From Gaopeijia maritima (GTDB lineage Bacteria; Gemmatimonadota; Gemmatimonadetes; Longimicrobiales; Gaopeijiaceae): 64,000 nucleotides of DNA. Below are positions 62,953 to 64,000 of this stretch, one piece after another. The notes under the pieces were generated by a model that was given only the letters and a program-made list of their open reading frames with translations, made no database searches and was not told the DNA's origin. Location of the stretch: NCBI RefSeq assembly GCF_038095605.1, contig NZ_CP144380.1. One strand, given 5' to 3'. Made by a program: the position numbers and the translations under genes. The stretch's first letter is position 1, and the number at the start of each line of letters is the position of its first letter.

Positions 62953-64000
62953 GTGAAGGGGCGGGGCGTGGCGGCACTGCCCTGGGTGGCGGTTCTCGTG
63001 TGCGCCGCCTGGGCGCGCTGGCCGGAGGCGGGGGTGCTCGCCGTGGCCGCCGTGGCGGTCGCGGCCGCACTGATCGCCCACCGAGACGGACCGATGGGAC
63101 GTCGGGTCGCGCTGCTGATCCTCCTCGCCGGTGTGGTCCGGGGCGTGTCGGTGCAGCAGCGCGACGCCGAGCTCACCCGCTCCTGGGACGACTACTGGGT
63201 GGAGCGCGAGGGCGCGGTGGTCGAGGAGCTGGGCGGCTACCTCGACGAGCTCATCGACCGCACGATCGGCAGCGTAGCCACACTCGCCGACGAGGCGGCG
63301 GGAGGCAACCACCCCACCGCCGAACGGGTGCGCGCCCTGCGACGGCAGGCGGGATTGGCGGCGCTCGCGCTCTATCGGCCCGGCCCGGCCGCGATCGAGG
63401 GGGGTGGCGCTCGGCTGTCGGTGTGGGACGGACTGCACCGCGGTCCGGTGCCGGCGGTGGTCAAGGGCGGTCGGGCCCCCTTCCACTTCGGCGAGTCGCC
63501 CCTCTTCAGCTACCTCTACGTGACCGCCCCCGTCGAGGGGGGCGGGACCGCCGTGGCCGCCGTCCTCCTGCGCGCGGACGTGCCGGGGCGCGCGGGCGAC
63601 GTGGACGATCTGGCCTCCAGCTTCCTGCGCCGCACCGGCGAGACCCTGCAGCTGTCCACCCCCGCTCGGGCCGGGGCGGTGGGGGTGTTCGACTACATGC
63701 ACGAGGGCATGGCGCTCTTCAGCGTTTCGGTCGAACGCCCCTCTCAGGCCGAGCGCCGGTCGGAGCTGCGTCGCAACGGTCGGCTCTGGAGCGCTCTGCT
63801 GGTTCTGGCGGCGTGGGCCATGTTGGGACTGGCCGGCGACATCCGGCGCTCTCCGCGGCTCGGTCTGACGGCCGGCCTGGGGATGGGGCTGATGCTTCCG
63901 GTGGAGGTCATCCCCGGGCTCGCGAATCTGGCCGGTCCGGGCGACTTCCTGCTTCCCGCCCTGCCGGGGGCCACCCTCGCCCGCCTCGTGGCGGTGACCG
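62953..64000 (+). CDS. partial ORF (3' end beyond window): membrane protein with two TM helices flanking an extracytoplasmic domain, sensor-kinase-like N-terminus
   Basis: Hand translation from a GTG start gives a continuous protein-like sequence with hydrophobic segments (ALPWVAVLVCAAWA…, LWSALLVLAAWAMLGLAG); not in the ORF track because no stop is reached. Confidence 0.3.
   Translation, partial: MKGRGVAALPWVAVLVCAAWARWPEAGVLAVAAVAVAAALIAHRDGPMGRRVALLILLAGVVRGVSVQQRDAELTRSWDDYWVEREGAVVEELGGYLDELIDRTIGSVATLADEAAGGNHPTAERVRALRRQAGLAALALYRPGPAAIEGGGARLSVWDGLHRGPVPAVVKGGRAPFHFGESPLFSYLYVTAPVEGGGTAVAAVLLRADVPGRAGDVDDLASSFLRRTGETLQLSTPARAGAVGVFDYMHEGMALFSVSVERPSQAERRSELRRNGRLWSALLVLAAWAMLGLAGDIRRSPRLGLTAGLGMGLMLPVEVIPGLANLAGPGDFLLPALPGATLARLVAVT

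Overview
This is a high-GC (roughly 68-70%) bacterial chromosomal segment. The gene content (H+-pyrophosphatase, an MglA-type GTPase, a flotillin/NfeD pair, a SPOR protein, a TolC/MacA-type efflux operon) points to a Gram-negative, possibly Gemmatimonadota-like lineage, but that taxonomy is inference only. Most of the window is core housekeeping, largely on the + strand with tightly packed or overlapping genes. Gene order across the window: ccmABC(D) heme exporter, ltaE, a secreted hypothetical protein, recA, and alaS heading a 7-gene translationally coupled string (alaS-hyp-cpsB-gmhA::ferritin-like-SDR-cca-like-rarA). Then hflX, a DUF2520-like protein, pdxJ, a LysylPG-synthase-like membrane protein, ispE, tRNA-Gln(UUG), panE, ltrA, a large repeat-containing secreted protein, prs-rplY-pth, hppA, an M20 peptidase and a flotillin/NfeD pair. 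These are followed by ychF, an rpsF::rpsR fusion-YybS-like-rplI-rsfS-(pseudo-MinD/SPOR protein)-smc string, a DAHP synthase and yraN. The end of the window holds a candidate 4.5S (SRP) RNA followed by dnaX-ybaB-recR, an orphan mglA-like GTPase, pgsA-cinA-hydrolase, grpE-dnaJ, mnmA-iscS (minus strand), a MacA/TolC-type efflux operon with two FtsX-type permeases (minus strand), a creatininase-family gene and a partial membrane-protein ORF. The items most worth a second look are: (1) an in-frame ribosomal S6::S18 fusion ORF; (2) a membrane protein with a degenerate MinD/ParA-like cytoplasmic domain and two periplasmic SPOR domains, translationally coupled to smc; (3) an MglA Ras-like GTPase with no MglB partner; (4) two lower-GC intergenic islands that share an AACGTCGT-core inverted-repeat motif family (a TIR-bounded double-hairpin element and an alternating-orientation motif array); (5) a roughly 100-nt hairpin RNA with an SRP domain-IV-like core and a U-tail immediately upstream of dnaX. 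Many very long ORFs in the six-frame track are antisense or out-of-frame artefacts of the high GC content and were ignored.
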